From contig CAWDSK010000005.1 in assembly GCA_963804995.1 (NCBI GenBank), positions 160,001-224,000 of the forward strand: a stretch of 64,000 nucleotides of DNA. The letters are read 5' to 3'. Positions 11,101 to 19,732 of the stretch are shown here, piece by piece. The position numbers and the translations under genes are program-made. The notes beneath the pieces are model-generated. The model did not search any database, had not been told where the DNA came from, and saw nothing but the letters and a program-made list of their open reading frames with translations. Origin of the DNA: an uncultured Acidobacteriota bacterium (GTDB lineage Bacteria; Acidobacteriota; Terriglobia; UBA7540). Each line of letters starts with the position of its first letter. The stretch's first letter is position 1.

Positions 11101-11374
11101 AACCAGCCCGTCCGTCACGACTACCATCAAGGTGACTAGCTCGAGCGGTTTCCTGGGCCCCGTCACGCTCACAGCCAGCGGCCTGCCTGGCGGCGCCACC
11201 GCCAGCTTCACTCCAACCAGTGTGAATGTGGCGCCGGGAAGCCCGGGCAGTTCGACCCTGAAGGTAACCGTCAGCTCAAAAACGAAAATTGGGAACTCAA
11301 GCCTCACTGTGACGGCGAAAAGCAATGGAGGACCACAAGCGCAAACGAAGCTGACGCTGCAAGTTACTAAGTAA
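8138..11374 (+). CDS. Secreted S8 (subtilisin-like) serine peptidase with PKD/Ig-like C-terminal domains
   Basis: Catalytic triad motifs IIDTG, HGTHVAG and GTSMATPHV; oxyanion AAGN; PKD-like SDPDG/STDPDG and Big-like DTTPPTVSITSP. Start may be ATG 8210. Confidence 0.92.
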   Translation: MDNRHHRRPSRAKVLTAVRRRRSQMSFPFTRRASQNRPRLSALFLVPLMMLIVAPLLLQAQVPQVASVKVTATPQGAKATTSLDPAKAAFHPSRVLVRFRNGTDFMPGSPAAIHLGGHANVYRVDNPPGLSVEKVLAHYRANPNVVYAEEDFRVEAINTIPNDTLWAQQWDMVKIAAPAAWDLQTNSSDVVVAIIDTGIDYTHPDLAANIYTVASAVVGYTCIGGSCVAGGLDDFGHGTHVAGTISAVGNNGVGIAGINWAVKLLSLKFLDSNGSGYISDAVLAFNLVAQLKSSGVNIRVTSNSWGGGGFDQSLKDAMSAVEALGIVNVCAAGNSAVNADFSPMYPAAYDNRGIISVLASDSNDLGAYFTNYGLASVDIAAPGVNTLSTVPTGSCTLCDPSGYTLLSGTSMATPHVSGVVAALLHRNPTLTADLARDEILDPGSYDTLTDPLAMSTSTGGRLNFYKAITNTSFLTNPHLNNFPTLTMGPNVFASASEAVSLTATGSDPDGDPLRYAWGKSTSTGTQWLFGWMLGNIFPAPSGSGASFNAPYIDRTATVPYGASVADGRGGGASGQAFVTVSPETNPGSPPSGSLTLSSNSIAVGGNVTVNFPVTDSKGGPLPWDMWASGLYGASGWCCFTGSSSSITFSSAGVYRIGVQAIDQELNLSTRPTAVVSVGGATGTPPIAAATVDKLSGPVPLTVNFDMSGSTDPDGTISYYYFICGGTGFATGSTSPKGSCTYTTPGAYWNELEVQDNSGYVDIISVYTVATPVGGGDTTPPTVSITSPGNGASVFGTTAISANASDDPGGSGVKEVDFYLDTTTLLGTATSGSPYTINWDTSSVTPGAHTLTAKATDFAGNTGTSSSVSITVTNFTIGVSPTSASVNQGLGTTTKATVTPLNGFNGIVTFSVTGAPAGLTTGFSPATVTGSGSSTLTLTATAVAAGVYPLTVTGSSGTLTHSATFTLTVKLGGALSVTASPASIKVSRSTSPSVTTTIKVTSSSGFLGPVTLTASGLPGGATASFTPTSVNVAPGSPGSSTLKVTVSSKTKIGNSSLTVTAKSNGGPQAQTKLTLQVTK

Positions 11375-11670
11375 CCCCCATACCTCCCGGGAGCGCTCCT
11401 AACTTGAACGTGGCGCCGGCTGGAAGCCAGCGCTACATCTGAAATTAGGACAGCACCGGATTGCTCCGTGAGTTGATTTTTCGCGGATGAACACCTATCA
11501 TCCTCTCGACTGCGTTCCCAGGGGGAGGTTATCCCTCACGCAGGGGTCGGTTCGATCATTGTGGTTTGCGCCCTATCGCTCAGCATTCTTAAAAGCGTCC
11601 TACTACCCACCGACCCAAAACCCCGGGACACGATTGCCTCGCCACGATCGCCACAGAGAGGATTGGTTTT

Positions 11671-11868
11671 ATGCCCGCTGAAGGTTCTGAATTTGAAGTG
11701 GGGACTTATATTTGCCCTAATACCCAGACTGAGGTAACGCTCAAGCAGTCTCGCTCGCTGGCCTTTGTCAGGTGGCCGATCGTCGTGGAAAAGTGCGCAG
11801 CTTGTGGAAAGGCGCACGAACTTGAATCCACCAACGTCATGCATCAGCCGATTTACGGCCGGGAATAA
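11671..11868 (+). CDS. Small hypothetical protein, possible Zn binder (CP...CAACGKAH)
   Basis: GAGGA RBS upstream, Cys/His pattern, 65 aa. Confidence 0.55.
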   Translation: MPAEGSEFEVGTYICPNTQTEVTLKQSRSLAFVRWPIVVEKCAACGKAHELESTNVMHQPIYGRE

Positions 11869-11880
11869 ACTCCAGGCACA

Positions 11881-12107
11881 CTAGTGTCCTGAGTCAGAAG
11901 TTCGCTGATGATTCGAGAACCCCCTCCCCCCGGCCCCTCTCCCCCAAAGGGGCGAGGGGGGAGTTTGTTTGAGTTTACTGCCCTCGCCCCCTTGGGGGAG
12001 AGGGTGGCCCGCCGCCGGCGTTTTCATCAGCCGGGGCGGGACGGGTGAGGGGGTCGCCCTGGAACCCAGTGAGACTTTGTCAGCGAACTTCTGACTCAGG
12101 ACACTAG
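11881..12107. mobile_element. MITE with 28-bp perfect TIRs ending in CTAG, enclosing CCCCTC/GAGGGG hairpin repeats
   Basis: CTAGTGTCCTGAGTCAGAAGTTCGCTGA at 11881-11908 and its reverse complement at 12080-12107. Confidence 0.8.
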
Positions 12108-12255
12108 AGCCTCGCAGCCAAGGGATCATTGTGCGCTCAATCCTCCGGTGTGGCGGGGGTATCGTGGGTTGCGATGAAGAGGGGCTTGGTAAGGTTTGCA
12201 GGTCAGGGGCTCGATAAGTTGTCGGCCCCCGACCCACAAGCTCAAAAACATCCGA

Positions 12256-13518
12256 TCAGGGATACAGTCCGCGCAACCTGGTGGCCTCAGCAACTCGGCT
12301 GATGCCCAACATGTTGGCAGCGGTGCGCATACTCTGCTTGCGCTCCAGGTGAATCTTCAACACTTCCGCGAAGCTGGTCTTCATGACCCGCTCCAGACGG
12401 TTGTAAACATCCTGCGCCTCCCAGAACAGGTGCTGTTCGTCCTGCACCCACTCAAAGTAGGAGACCGTCACGCCACCGGCATTGCAGAGAATGTCAGGGA
12501 TCACGAAGATCCCGTTTTTCTCCAGAATGGCGTCGCCTGCGGGCGTGACCGGTCCATTGGCCGCCTCGCCGACGATCTTGGCTTTCACAGCCCCGGCATT
12601 GTGCTCGTCAATCGCGTTTTCGAGCGCAGCAGGAATCAGGATTTCGCAGTCCAGGGCGAACAATTGCTTCGGGCTGATGGCCTCGGCCCCGGGGAATCCC
12701 ACCACGCTGCCCGTCGTCTCTTTGAACGCGATCAGCTTGGTGACATCCATGCCATTGGTATTAAGAACGCAGCCGCGGGAATCATTGGCTGCGATGACCT
12801 TTGCCCCGTTGTCGAACAACAATTGCGCCGCGATGGTGCCGGCATTACCGAAGCCTTGCACGACCACCCTCGCGCCCTTGACGGGGATCTTGAGGTGCTC
12901 GGCCGCACTCACGACCGTGTAGTACACCCCGCGACCCGTCGCCTCATTTCGCCCCAGAGAGCCGCCTAAAGCAATCGGCTTTCCTGTAACGACGCCGGAG
13001 ACCGGATAGCCCTTGGTCATGCTGTAAGTGTCCATGATCCAGGCCATGATCTGCGAGTTCGTGTAGACATCCGGAGCCGGGATGTCTCGCTCCGGGCCAA
13101 TGAGCGGCAGGATGGCACTCGCATAACGCCGAGTGAGGTGCTCGATTTCAGTCAGAGACATCTCTTTGGGATTGCAAGTCACGCCACCCTTGCCACCACC
13201 GAAGGGAATGTTGACCACAGCGCACTTCCAAGTCATCCAAGTGGCCAAGGCTTTCACTTCATCAAGGGTAACGCCAGGATGATAGCGGATTCCTCCTTTG
13301 GCTGGGCCCCGCGAGGTGCTGTGCTGGACCCGATAGCCCACAAACCTTTGAATCTTGCCGTTGTCCATCCGAACGGGCAGATTGACTTCCAGGATTCGTT
13401 CCGGATACTTCACCATGTTACGAATACTCTCGTCTAGTTCCAGTGCCTCCGCCGCGAGATCGAAATTCTCCATGGCGGAGTCGTACGCAGTCTTGACAGT
13501 TTCAGTTAAGACACCCAT
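12256..13518 (-). CDS. gdhA: Glu/Leu/Phe/Val dehydrogenase (glutamate dehydrogenase)
   Basis: GPAKGGIRY, GGGKGG, DIPAPDV, QGFGNAG, EAANGP and NAGGVTVSYFEW motifs. Confidence 0.93.
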   Translation of the reverse strand: MGVLTETVKTAYDSAMENFDLAAEALELDESIRNMVKYPERILEVNLPVRMDNGKIQRFVGYRVQHSTSRGPAKGGIRYHPGVTLDEVKALATWMTWKCAVVNIPFGGGKGGVTCNPKEMSLTEIEHLTRRYASAILPLIGPERDIPAPDVYTNSQIMAWIMDTYSMTKGYPVSGVVTGKPIALGGSLGRNEATGRGVYYTVVSAAEHLKIPVKGARVVVQGFGNAGTIAAQLLFDNGAKVIAANDSRGCVLNTNGMDVTKLIAFKETTGSVVGFPGAEAISPKQLFALDCEILIPAALENAIDEHNAGAVKAKIVGEAANGPVTPAGDAILEKNGIFVIPDILCNAGGVTVSYFEWVQDEQHLFWEAQDVYNRLERVMKTSFAEVLKIHLERKQSMRTAANMLGISRVAEATRLRGLYP

Positions 13519-13838
13519 TTCCAACACCCCCTATTCGCGAGGAACGTTCTAAAATCCAGACGGAGTATGGAGCAAATTGAAGACCAAGGCAACGACCACC
13601 CGTCAGATATGACATAAAGTCCTATAAGCCACTTTGTTCATTTTGAGACGTTAAAACCGGCAACTTTGTCACTTTTGGAGGCTCGGGGTGGGGTCTGGGT
13701 GGCATATGAATTGCTCCAACAGAGCGCCGGGCCTAGACAGATGCGAAGGTTGCCGTTCGCAGACGCGCTCCACACCCGACTTACGCACTGGGTGGGTATT
13801 AGCGCGCAGCGAAAAGGCGGTTTCAGGGAGGGAAAAGC

Positions 13839-16190
13839 GTGGATCCTCAGACTCCGAATCAGGTCAATTCTCAAGCGGAGAAGCCCAAGCCTAAAGTACG
13901 ACTTAACCCCAAAGCGCCCCGCCAGGTGTTGCCGGTGCGTTCACCCGAAGAGCGGGTGAAGGGTTGCGAAGAGGTCTCCCGGGGCTTCCAGATGGAGCAT
14001 GTCCGGATTGAGGCGCTGCGCTGCTTGCAGTGTAAGGACCCCGTCTGCATGAAGACCTGCCCCCTGCACATCGACATCAAGAGTTTCATCGGATTGATGG
14101 CGCAAGGGGATTTCGAAGCGGCCTATCAGAAGATCAGCGAGGAGAGTCCCTTCCCGGGGATTTGTGGCCGGGTGTGCCAGCACGAGTTGTACTGTGAGAA
14201 GGTTTGCTTGCTCGGCAAAAAGCTGGAGCCCGTGGCGATCGGTTCACTCGAGCGCTTTGCGGCGGATTACCACGGGAAGACGGAGTCATCCTCCGCGCCT
14301 GAGGTACCCGCCCCGAATGGCAAGCGCGTCGCCTTGATCGGCAGCGGTCCAGCCTCCTTGATTGCGGCGTATGACCTGGTGAGGAACGGGTACCGCGTGA
14401 CGGTCTTTGAAGCCTTGCACCAACTGGGCGGCGTGTTGGCCTACGGCATCCCGAATTTCCGCCTGCCCCGCGAAATCATCCACGAGGAGATTGACCGGCT
14501 GCGCGCCATGGGCGTGGAGTTCCGCAAAGACGTTATTGTGGGGAAGACTTATTCCGTTGAGGAACTTTTTGCGGAAGGCTTTGAGGCTGTATTCCTCGGC
14601 ACGGGCGCAGGGCTCCCGCATTTGATGCACATTCCGGGCGAAAACCTGATCGGGGTCTATACCGCCAACGAATTCCTGACCCGCCTGAACCTGATGGAGG
14701 CCTTTCGCTTTCCGCAAACCGACACTCCGGTGCGCGTGGGGGGGCGAACCGTGGTGGTGGGCGGTGGGAACTCCGCCATGGACGCCGCCCGGTGGGCGCG
14801 GCGGATGGGCAGTGAGACTACCATCCTGTTCCGGCGTGGGCGTGCCGAATTGCGCGCGCGCCTGGAGGAGATCGAGCATGCCGAAGAAGAAGGCGTGCAC
14901 TTTGAATTTCTGGCGGCGCCCACCCGTTTGTTTGGCGACGAGAAGGGAACCCTGCGCGAGATGGAGTGCATCCGCATGCAGTTGGGCGAAGTCGATGAAT
15001 CCGGCCGGCCCTCACCCGTACCCATGCCGGGCTCGGAGTATCGAGTGCCGGTGGATACGGTGGTCATGGCCATCGGGCAAAGCGCCAACCCGACCGTGCA
15101 GCGCGCCACGCCGCAACTGGTGACCAACCGCGGCAAAATCGTGGTCGACACTGAGGGGCAGACGAGTTTCGCCCGAGTCTTTGCCGGTGGGGACGTGGTG
15201 CGCGGCGGCTCGACCGTGATCCTGGCCATGCGCGATGGGCGTGCGGCCGCGGCGGCAATTCATAACGCTTTGAAGGATCACGACGCCACTGGGGCAACCG
15301 AGGCGGCTACGGCCGAAACATCCGGCGAAGTCCAACCCGCCGTGGTGGAGAATCGCATTCTTGCGAAGCGGCTGATCACTCCGGAAATAGCCTGGTTTGA
15401 GGTTCAGGCCACGGGCATCGCGCGCCACTGGCAGGCCGGCCAATTTGTGATTGTCCGTCCCCGCGCCGACAGTGAGCGCATTCCTCTGACGATTGTGGAT
15501 GGCGATGCAGAGAAGGGAAGCATCGTTTTGGTGGTGCAGGCGGTGGGGAAGACCAGCCGCGTCACGGTTGGGCTCGAGGTGGGCGAGGCTTTCGAAGATT
15601 TGCTGGGTCCTCTGGGCCAAGCCGCCTCGATTGAGAACGTGGGCCACGTGGTCTGCATCGCGGGAGGCGTGGGCGTGGCAGAGTTGTTGCCCGTGGCGCG
15701 CGCGTTCCGGAAAGCCGGCAATCGCGTCACGGCATTGTGCGGAGCGCGTTCGACGGCACAGATCATCCTTGATGCAGAACTCCGCACGGCATGTGATGAA
15801 GTCCAGTGGGCGACTGACGATGGTTCGGCGGGAATGCACGGCACGGTCGTGGACCTGATGCGCGCCTGGAAGTCCGCGCAGTCATCTCCGGTGGGCGCCG
15901 CGCACGTGATTGGACCCATTCCCATGATGCGCGCGGCGGCGGCGCTGACACGCGAGTGGGGTGTGCACACTTTGGCCAGTCTCAATCCCATCATGGTGGA
16001 CGGCACCGGCATGTGCGGCGGCTGCCGCGTCACTGTGGGCGACAAGGTGAAGTTCGCCTGCGTGGACGGCCCGGAATTCGACGCGCACAAAGTGGACTTC
16101 GAGGAATTGACCCGCCGCACTCGCGCCTACCTTGACCAGGAGCGCCAGACGCGCGAGCAGCACGAGTGTCACATTGGGCTCGGATGCTGA
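13839..16190 (+). CDS. Fused GltD-like/NfnB (SudA) and NfnA (SudB/PyrK-like) oxidoreductase
   Basis: N-terminal part: RCLQCKDPVC, CGRVC, GSGPA, GGGNSAMD, FAGGDVVRG. C-terminal part: GQFVIVR, ERIPLTI, GPLG, AGGVG and DGTGMCGGCRV...CVDGPEF 2Fe-2S motif. Confidence 0.88.
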   Translation: MDPQTPNQVNSQAEKPKPKVRLNPKAPRQVLPVRSPEERVKGCEEVSRGFQMEHVRIEALRCLQCKDPVCMKTCPLHIDIKSFIGLMAQGDFEAAYQKISEESPFPGICGRVCQHELYCEKVCLLGKKLEPVAIGSLERFAADYHGKTESSSAPEVPAPNGKRVALIGSGPASLIAAYDLVRNGYRVTVFEALHQLGGVLAYGIPNFRLPREIIHEEIDRLRAMGVEFRKDVIVGKTYSVEELFAEGFEAVFLGTGAGLPHLMHIPGENLIGVYTANEFLTRLNLMEAFRFPQTDTPVRVGGRTVVVGGGNSAMDAARWARRMGSETTILFRRGRAELRARLEEIEHAEEEGVHFEFLAAPTRLFGDEKGTLREMECIRMQLGEVDESGRPSPVPMPGSEYRVPVDTVVMAIGQSANPTVQRATPQLVTNRGKIVVDTEGQTSFARVFAGGDVVRGGSTVILAMRDGRAAAAAIHNALKDHDATGATEAATAETSGEVQPAVVENRILAKRLITPEIAWFEVQATGIARHWQAGQFVIVRPRADSERIPLTIVDGDAEKGSIVLVVQAVGKTSRVTVGLEVGEAFEDLLGPLGQAASIENVGHVVCIAGGVGVAELLPVARAFRKAGNRVTALCGARSTAQIILDAELRTACDEVQWATDDGSAGMHGTVVDLMRAWKSAQSSPVGAAHVIGPIPMMRAAAALTREWGVHTLASLNPIMVDGTGMCGGCRVTVGDKVKFACVDGPEFDAHKVDFEELTRRTRAYLDQERQTREQHECHIGLGC

Positions 16191-16298
16191 TTAAATGCAC
16201 GCGGCCGCGCCACAGGGAAAAATCAGGGGGCGAAAAGCGCGGGCAGTTAGGGAATTTGATGGGACAACAGCCGCTACGGGCCGCGGAGAGCAACAAGC

Positions 16299-16510
16299 CG
16301 CTTTATCTTTTCAGCACCACCGCTTTATCTTTTCAGCACCAGCGCTTTATCTTTTCAGCACCACCCCGGCGCTCAGCGCGCCACCCCTCCTCATCTGAGG
16401 AGGGGAGTTTTAAAGGGGAACTCCCCTCCTGATTCAGGAGGGGTGGCGGTCCGACCGCCGGGGTGGTTACGCGAGCGCCGGAGGCGACGGGGTGGTTACG
16501 CGAGCGCCGT
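16299..16510. repeat. 3x22-bp tandem repeat abutting an ACCACCCC palindromic element with a duplicated right end
   Basis: CGCTTTATCTTTTCAGCACCA(C/G) x3 at 16299-16364; GGGTGGTTACGCGAGCGCCG x2 at the other end. Confidence 0.75.
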
Positions 16511-16525
16511 AGTCTGCCGCCCTCC

Positions 16526-17920
16526 TCACGCATATTTCACGAACCCCGGGTTCAGGATTCCCTGGGGGTCGAACTTCTGCTTGGCGGCCACGACCGTCGC
16601 CCACTTCTCGCCGTAATGAGCCTTCCACGCGGCGTGGTCAAAATTGATCCAACCGGAAAGATAGCGTTTCCCACCCATCATGCTGGCCGCCTGGCTCGCC
16701 CTGTTCATATGCGGCAGCACTTCCTCCACATATTGCTTTTGCACGGCAGGCAGAATCCCGAAGCCCATCAGAAAGTTGCTTGTGGGGCGCATGAAGAGCG
16801 GCACGGATGAGGCTGTCCCGCGCGCCGGCCAGAGCAGGATATGCCCGCCCACCAGCGCCTGCGGGGGCAGGTTAGCCAGCACTTGCGAGATGTACATGGC
16901 GGTCGACTGCCAGGGCAGAACGCACTCCATCCAGGGATGCGCGTAGTCCCAAAACCCTCCGCGTTTCCAAAGCGCAAACAGGTTGTCGAGGCGGGCGAAA
17001 AATTCCAGCAAATCTCCGTCCTCCGTGTGGACGTGTTTGTAGAACTTGAGTCCGGCCAGCTTTTCCGCCGCCTCCTCGGGGGCGAGGCCGTCCTCGACTT
17101 CAACCGTTGCGTGCAGTGGGAAGAACCATTGCGCGAAAGGTACGCGTTGCCCGGCCACTTTTTTGAAACCCTGCGGGCAAGGCGTACACCACGATTCCAG
17201 GTCATCGAAGCGCGCCTCGGTCATCACGGTTTCGAGGTCGCTGAGCAAAGCGGGCAGCTCGTCGTAGATCAGGTAGAAGCTGCGGAAGCGCGGCCGGTGG
17301 CGCCGCACCTTCAGCACCGCCTCGGTGATGACTCCGAACTGGCCCGCACCGGCGCGCACGGCGTCAAAGAGGTCTGCATTCTTCTCGCTCGAACAGCGCA
17401 CGATGTCCCCGCTTCCGGTCACCACTTCCAGCTCCAAACAGTTGTCTGCCTGCGTGCCGTGCCGCCACGAGGCCACGCCCAATCCGCCCATGGAAAGTGT
17501 CCCGCCCACCGTGACGTCGAGATTATTCGTCAAGACCGGGGGTGAGAGGCGCTGCCCTGCGAGGTGCTCCACGAGCTGTCTCCATTTGATTCCCGCCTGC
17601 GTGGTCACCGCGGTCTCTTCAACACGCCGCACCTGGTCGAGCGAAGTTGTGTCGAGCACGATTTGCTCTGAGAGCGACTGCCCTGTCTGCGAGTGCCCAC
17701 CGCCGCGCGTCGATACGGAGAGCCCGTGCCGGGCCGCGAACCTCACCACGCGCGATACGTCTTCCGCCGATTCGGGGCGCACCACGGCCTGCGGCTTGCG
17801 CACCACGATGCGGCCGAAGTCTGTCGCCACGGCTTCGCGCGCGGCGTCGTCGGTCAAGACTTTGCCGGAAATTTCCCGGGCCAGTTCACTCGCCCAACTA
17901 ATGTCTTCTCCTTGTCCCAC
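16526..17920 (-). CDS. FAD-linked oxidase, cytokinin dehydrogenase-like
   Basis: RGGGHS covalent-FAD motif, TVGGTLS, GQFGVIT, HPW and C-terminal FDPQGILNPG. Confidence 0.82.
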   Translation of the reverse strand: MGQGEDISWASELAREISGKVLTDDAAREAVATDFGRIVVRKPQAVVRPESAEDVSRVVRFAARHGLSVSTRGGGHSQTGQSLSEQIVLDTTSLDQVRRVEETAVTTQAGIKWRQLVEHLAGQRLSPPVLTNNLDVTVGGTLSMGGLGVASWRHGTQADNCLELEVVTGSGDIVRCSSEKNADLFDAVRAGAGQFGVITEAVLKVRRHRPRFRSFYLIYDELPALLSDLETVMTEARFDDLESWCTPCPQGFKKVAGQRVPFAQWFFPLHATVEVEDGLAPEEAAEKLAGLKFYKHVHTEDGDLLEFFARLDNLFALWKRGGFWDYAHPWMECVLPWQSTAMYISQVLANLPPQALVGGHILLWPARGTASSVPLFMRPTSNFLMGFGILPAVQKQYVEEVLPHMNRASQAASMMGGKRYLSGWINFDHAAWKAHYGEKWATVVAAKQKFDPQGILNPGFVKYA

Positions 17921-17949
17921 CTAAGCGGGTAGCCAGGGTCAGTGCAGTC

Positions 17950-18120
17950 CTGACCGTGGGCTTTTCTCATGCCATGTCAGCAGGCTGCGCATTCAGAATC
18001 AAAGCAAGAACCCACGGTCAGAAAACCACTGACCGTGGGCTTTTCTCCTGCTATATCGGTAGGCCTATGTCTTCAGAATCAGAGGAAGAACCCAACGGTC
18101 AGAAAACCACTGACCGTGAC
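17950..18120. repeat. Duplicated palindromic repeat
   Basis: TGACCGTGGGCTTTTCTC...CAGAATC...AAGAACCCA(A)CGGTCAGAAAACCACTGACCGTG occurs twice. Confidence 0.7.
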
Positions 18121-18137
18121 CCCCTTCTAAGGTCAAT

Positions 18138-18830
18138 CTACTTTTTCAGTGTGCGCACGTAAGCAATCACGGCGTCCACTAATTGCGGTGGCAGACGATG
18201 CCGGAAGCCGGAGTCATCGATCTCAACAGGAGGCATCGTGCTGGTGCCCTTCGTGATGATCTCCCTCAAGTCCGCGTCCGACTTGCCTTGCACCTCTGCT
18301 GACGTGAGCCTCGGAATGGTAACCTTAAAGAATTTGTCCGCCCTCTCATCACCCTTGCCCGCCGGGCCATGACATCTGCCGCACGTCTGATCGTAAGCCG
18401 CTTTTCCAGAAACCTTGCTGTTATCGTTCAGACCGGAAATTAATAAAATCTCGTAACTGTGGTTTGTCGGGGTGCTGCGCAAAAGGATTCCATCCGACCG
18501 GGGCATCCATACTTCGGAGAGGATGTGGCCGCCACCCGTTTTGTCGAAGACCAGCGTGCCCTCCCGGAGAAATTGGGACGGCCCGCTGAGCCGAGAGACG
18601 ATGGCGGCTACAAACACCTCGCCGCTGGCTGATTGCACTCGGACTCCAGAGCTGACCACTGAAAGAGTATACGTCCCCGCCGGCAGCACCTTCGAACCCA
18701 AGGTAAACTCATAGGGGATTTCGGCCCGCGCCAGGAACTGCCCGAAGGCCGGGGCAACCGCCAAGGATGTGACGAAAATGAAAGCCATGAGCCTTATCGC
18801 CATCGCACTGCGAGTTTTCATTTGTTGCAT
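18138..18830 (-). CDS. Secreted protein: beta-sandwich domain fused to class I cytochrome c
   Basis: Signal peptide; AEIPYEFTLG..LPAGTY domain; CGRCHG heme motif and distal Met (TMPP). Confidence 0.8.
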   Translation of the reverse strand: MQQMKTRSAMAIRLMAFIFVTSLAVAPAFGQFLARAEIPYEFTLGSKVLPAGTYTLSVVSSGVRVQSASGEVFVAAIVSRLSGPSQFLREGTLVFDKTGGGHILSEVWMPRSDGILLRSTPTNHSYEILLISGLNDNSKVSGKAAYDQTCGRCHGPAGKGDERADKFFKVTIPRLTSAEVQGKSDADLREIITKGTSTMPPVEIDDSGFRHRLPPQLVDAVIAYVRTLKK

Positions 18831-18967
18831 ATTGGGGCCCTCCTCCTGTTTTCGTTTGACTGTGCATCATCTGATGAACGTTAGGTCGCGTCAAGCTATT
18901 TGTGTATAAATCGTGTGACCTGCGCAGGCGAATGGGTTGACACCTGACGCTTATTCAGGAAGGGGAG

Positions 18968-19093
18968 GTGTGAAAAAATACCATTTTCACCGCTGAGACG
19001 CTGAGACGCAGAGAAATGACCCTTTGTTTTCAAGCCTCTGCGCCTCCGCGTCTCCGCGGTGAAAGGTTTGATGGGATTTTTTCACAGCTTCTC
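18968..19093. repeat. Palindromic element (TGTGAAA ends, CACCGC-GAGACGCAGAG core)
   Basis: Nested inverted repeats; a related copy lies at 47000-47283. Confidence 0.7.
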
Positions 19094-19625
19094 GTTGAGG
19101 TCTGCGGTTCTTCCTGCACCCATTGAGCGAAAGTGTGTTGGTGAAGTAGCCGCCTGTGGTGGGGATTAGCGGGTTAGTCATAATGAGAGCCGCGGACCCC
19201 AAAACCGGGGGACCGCGCTACGAAACATCTCCGGCCTACGGTTACTGTGCATCATAAGATGGAATTCCATGAGCAAACGTAGCGCAGACCTCCGCCGTTG
19301 AGGTCTGCGGTTCTTCCTGCGCCATCTGAGCGAATGTATCGTGGCGATCTCGTTCGTGTTTGGAGTTTGTAGAATCTTCAAACGAAGAGCCGCGGACCCC
19401 AAAACCGGGGGACCGCGCTACGAAACATCTCCGGCCTACGGTTACTGTGCATCATAAGATGGAATTCCATGAGCAAACGTAGCGCAGACCTCCGCCGTTG
19501 AGGTCTGCGGTTCTTCCTGCGCCATCTGAGCGAATGTATCGTGGCGATCCCGTTCGTGTTTGGAGTTTGTAGAATCTTCAAACGAAGAGCCGCGGACCCC
19601 AAAACCGGGGGACCGCGCTACGAAG
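19094..19625. repeat. 200-bp tandem array of paired GTAG REP-like hairpins
   Basis: GAGCCGCGGACCCCAAAACCGGGGGACCGCGCTACGAA at 19187, 19387 and 19587; same family as 6050-6320. Confidence 0.85.
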
Positions 19626-19671
19626 CATCCGGACCAAAGGGCGGCATAAAGCCCGCTCCCCTGCTCTTTTC

Positions 19672-19701
19672 TTGACTTGCGCTTGACCCAGCCCATAGAA
19701 T
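19672..19701 (+). promoter_or_regulatory. Putative sigma70 promoter of cysS
   Basis: TTGACT-N18-TAGAAT about 30 nt before the ATG. Confidence 0.45.
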
Positions 19702-19732
19702 TGTCCGTTTAGGTACGCAGCGAAACTCCACT

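Noticed and set aside
13839..16190. Glutamate synthase small subunit gltD
   Set aside because: No gltB nearby, and the fused NfnA-type domain indicates Nfn/Sud.
19178..19696. Repeated short ORFs in repeat arrays (also 44463-45033)
   Set aside because: Translations of REP units with no independent coding evidence.
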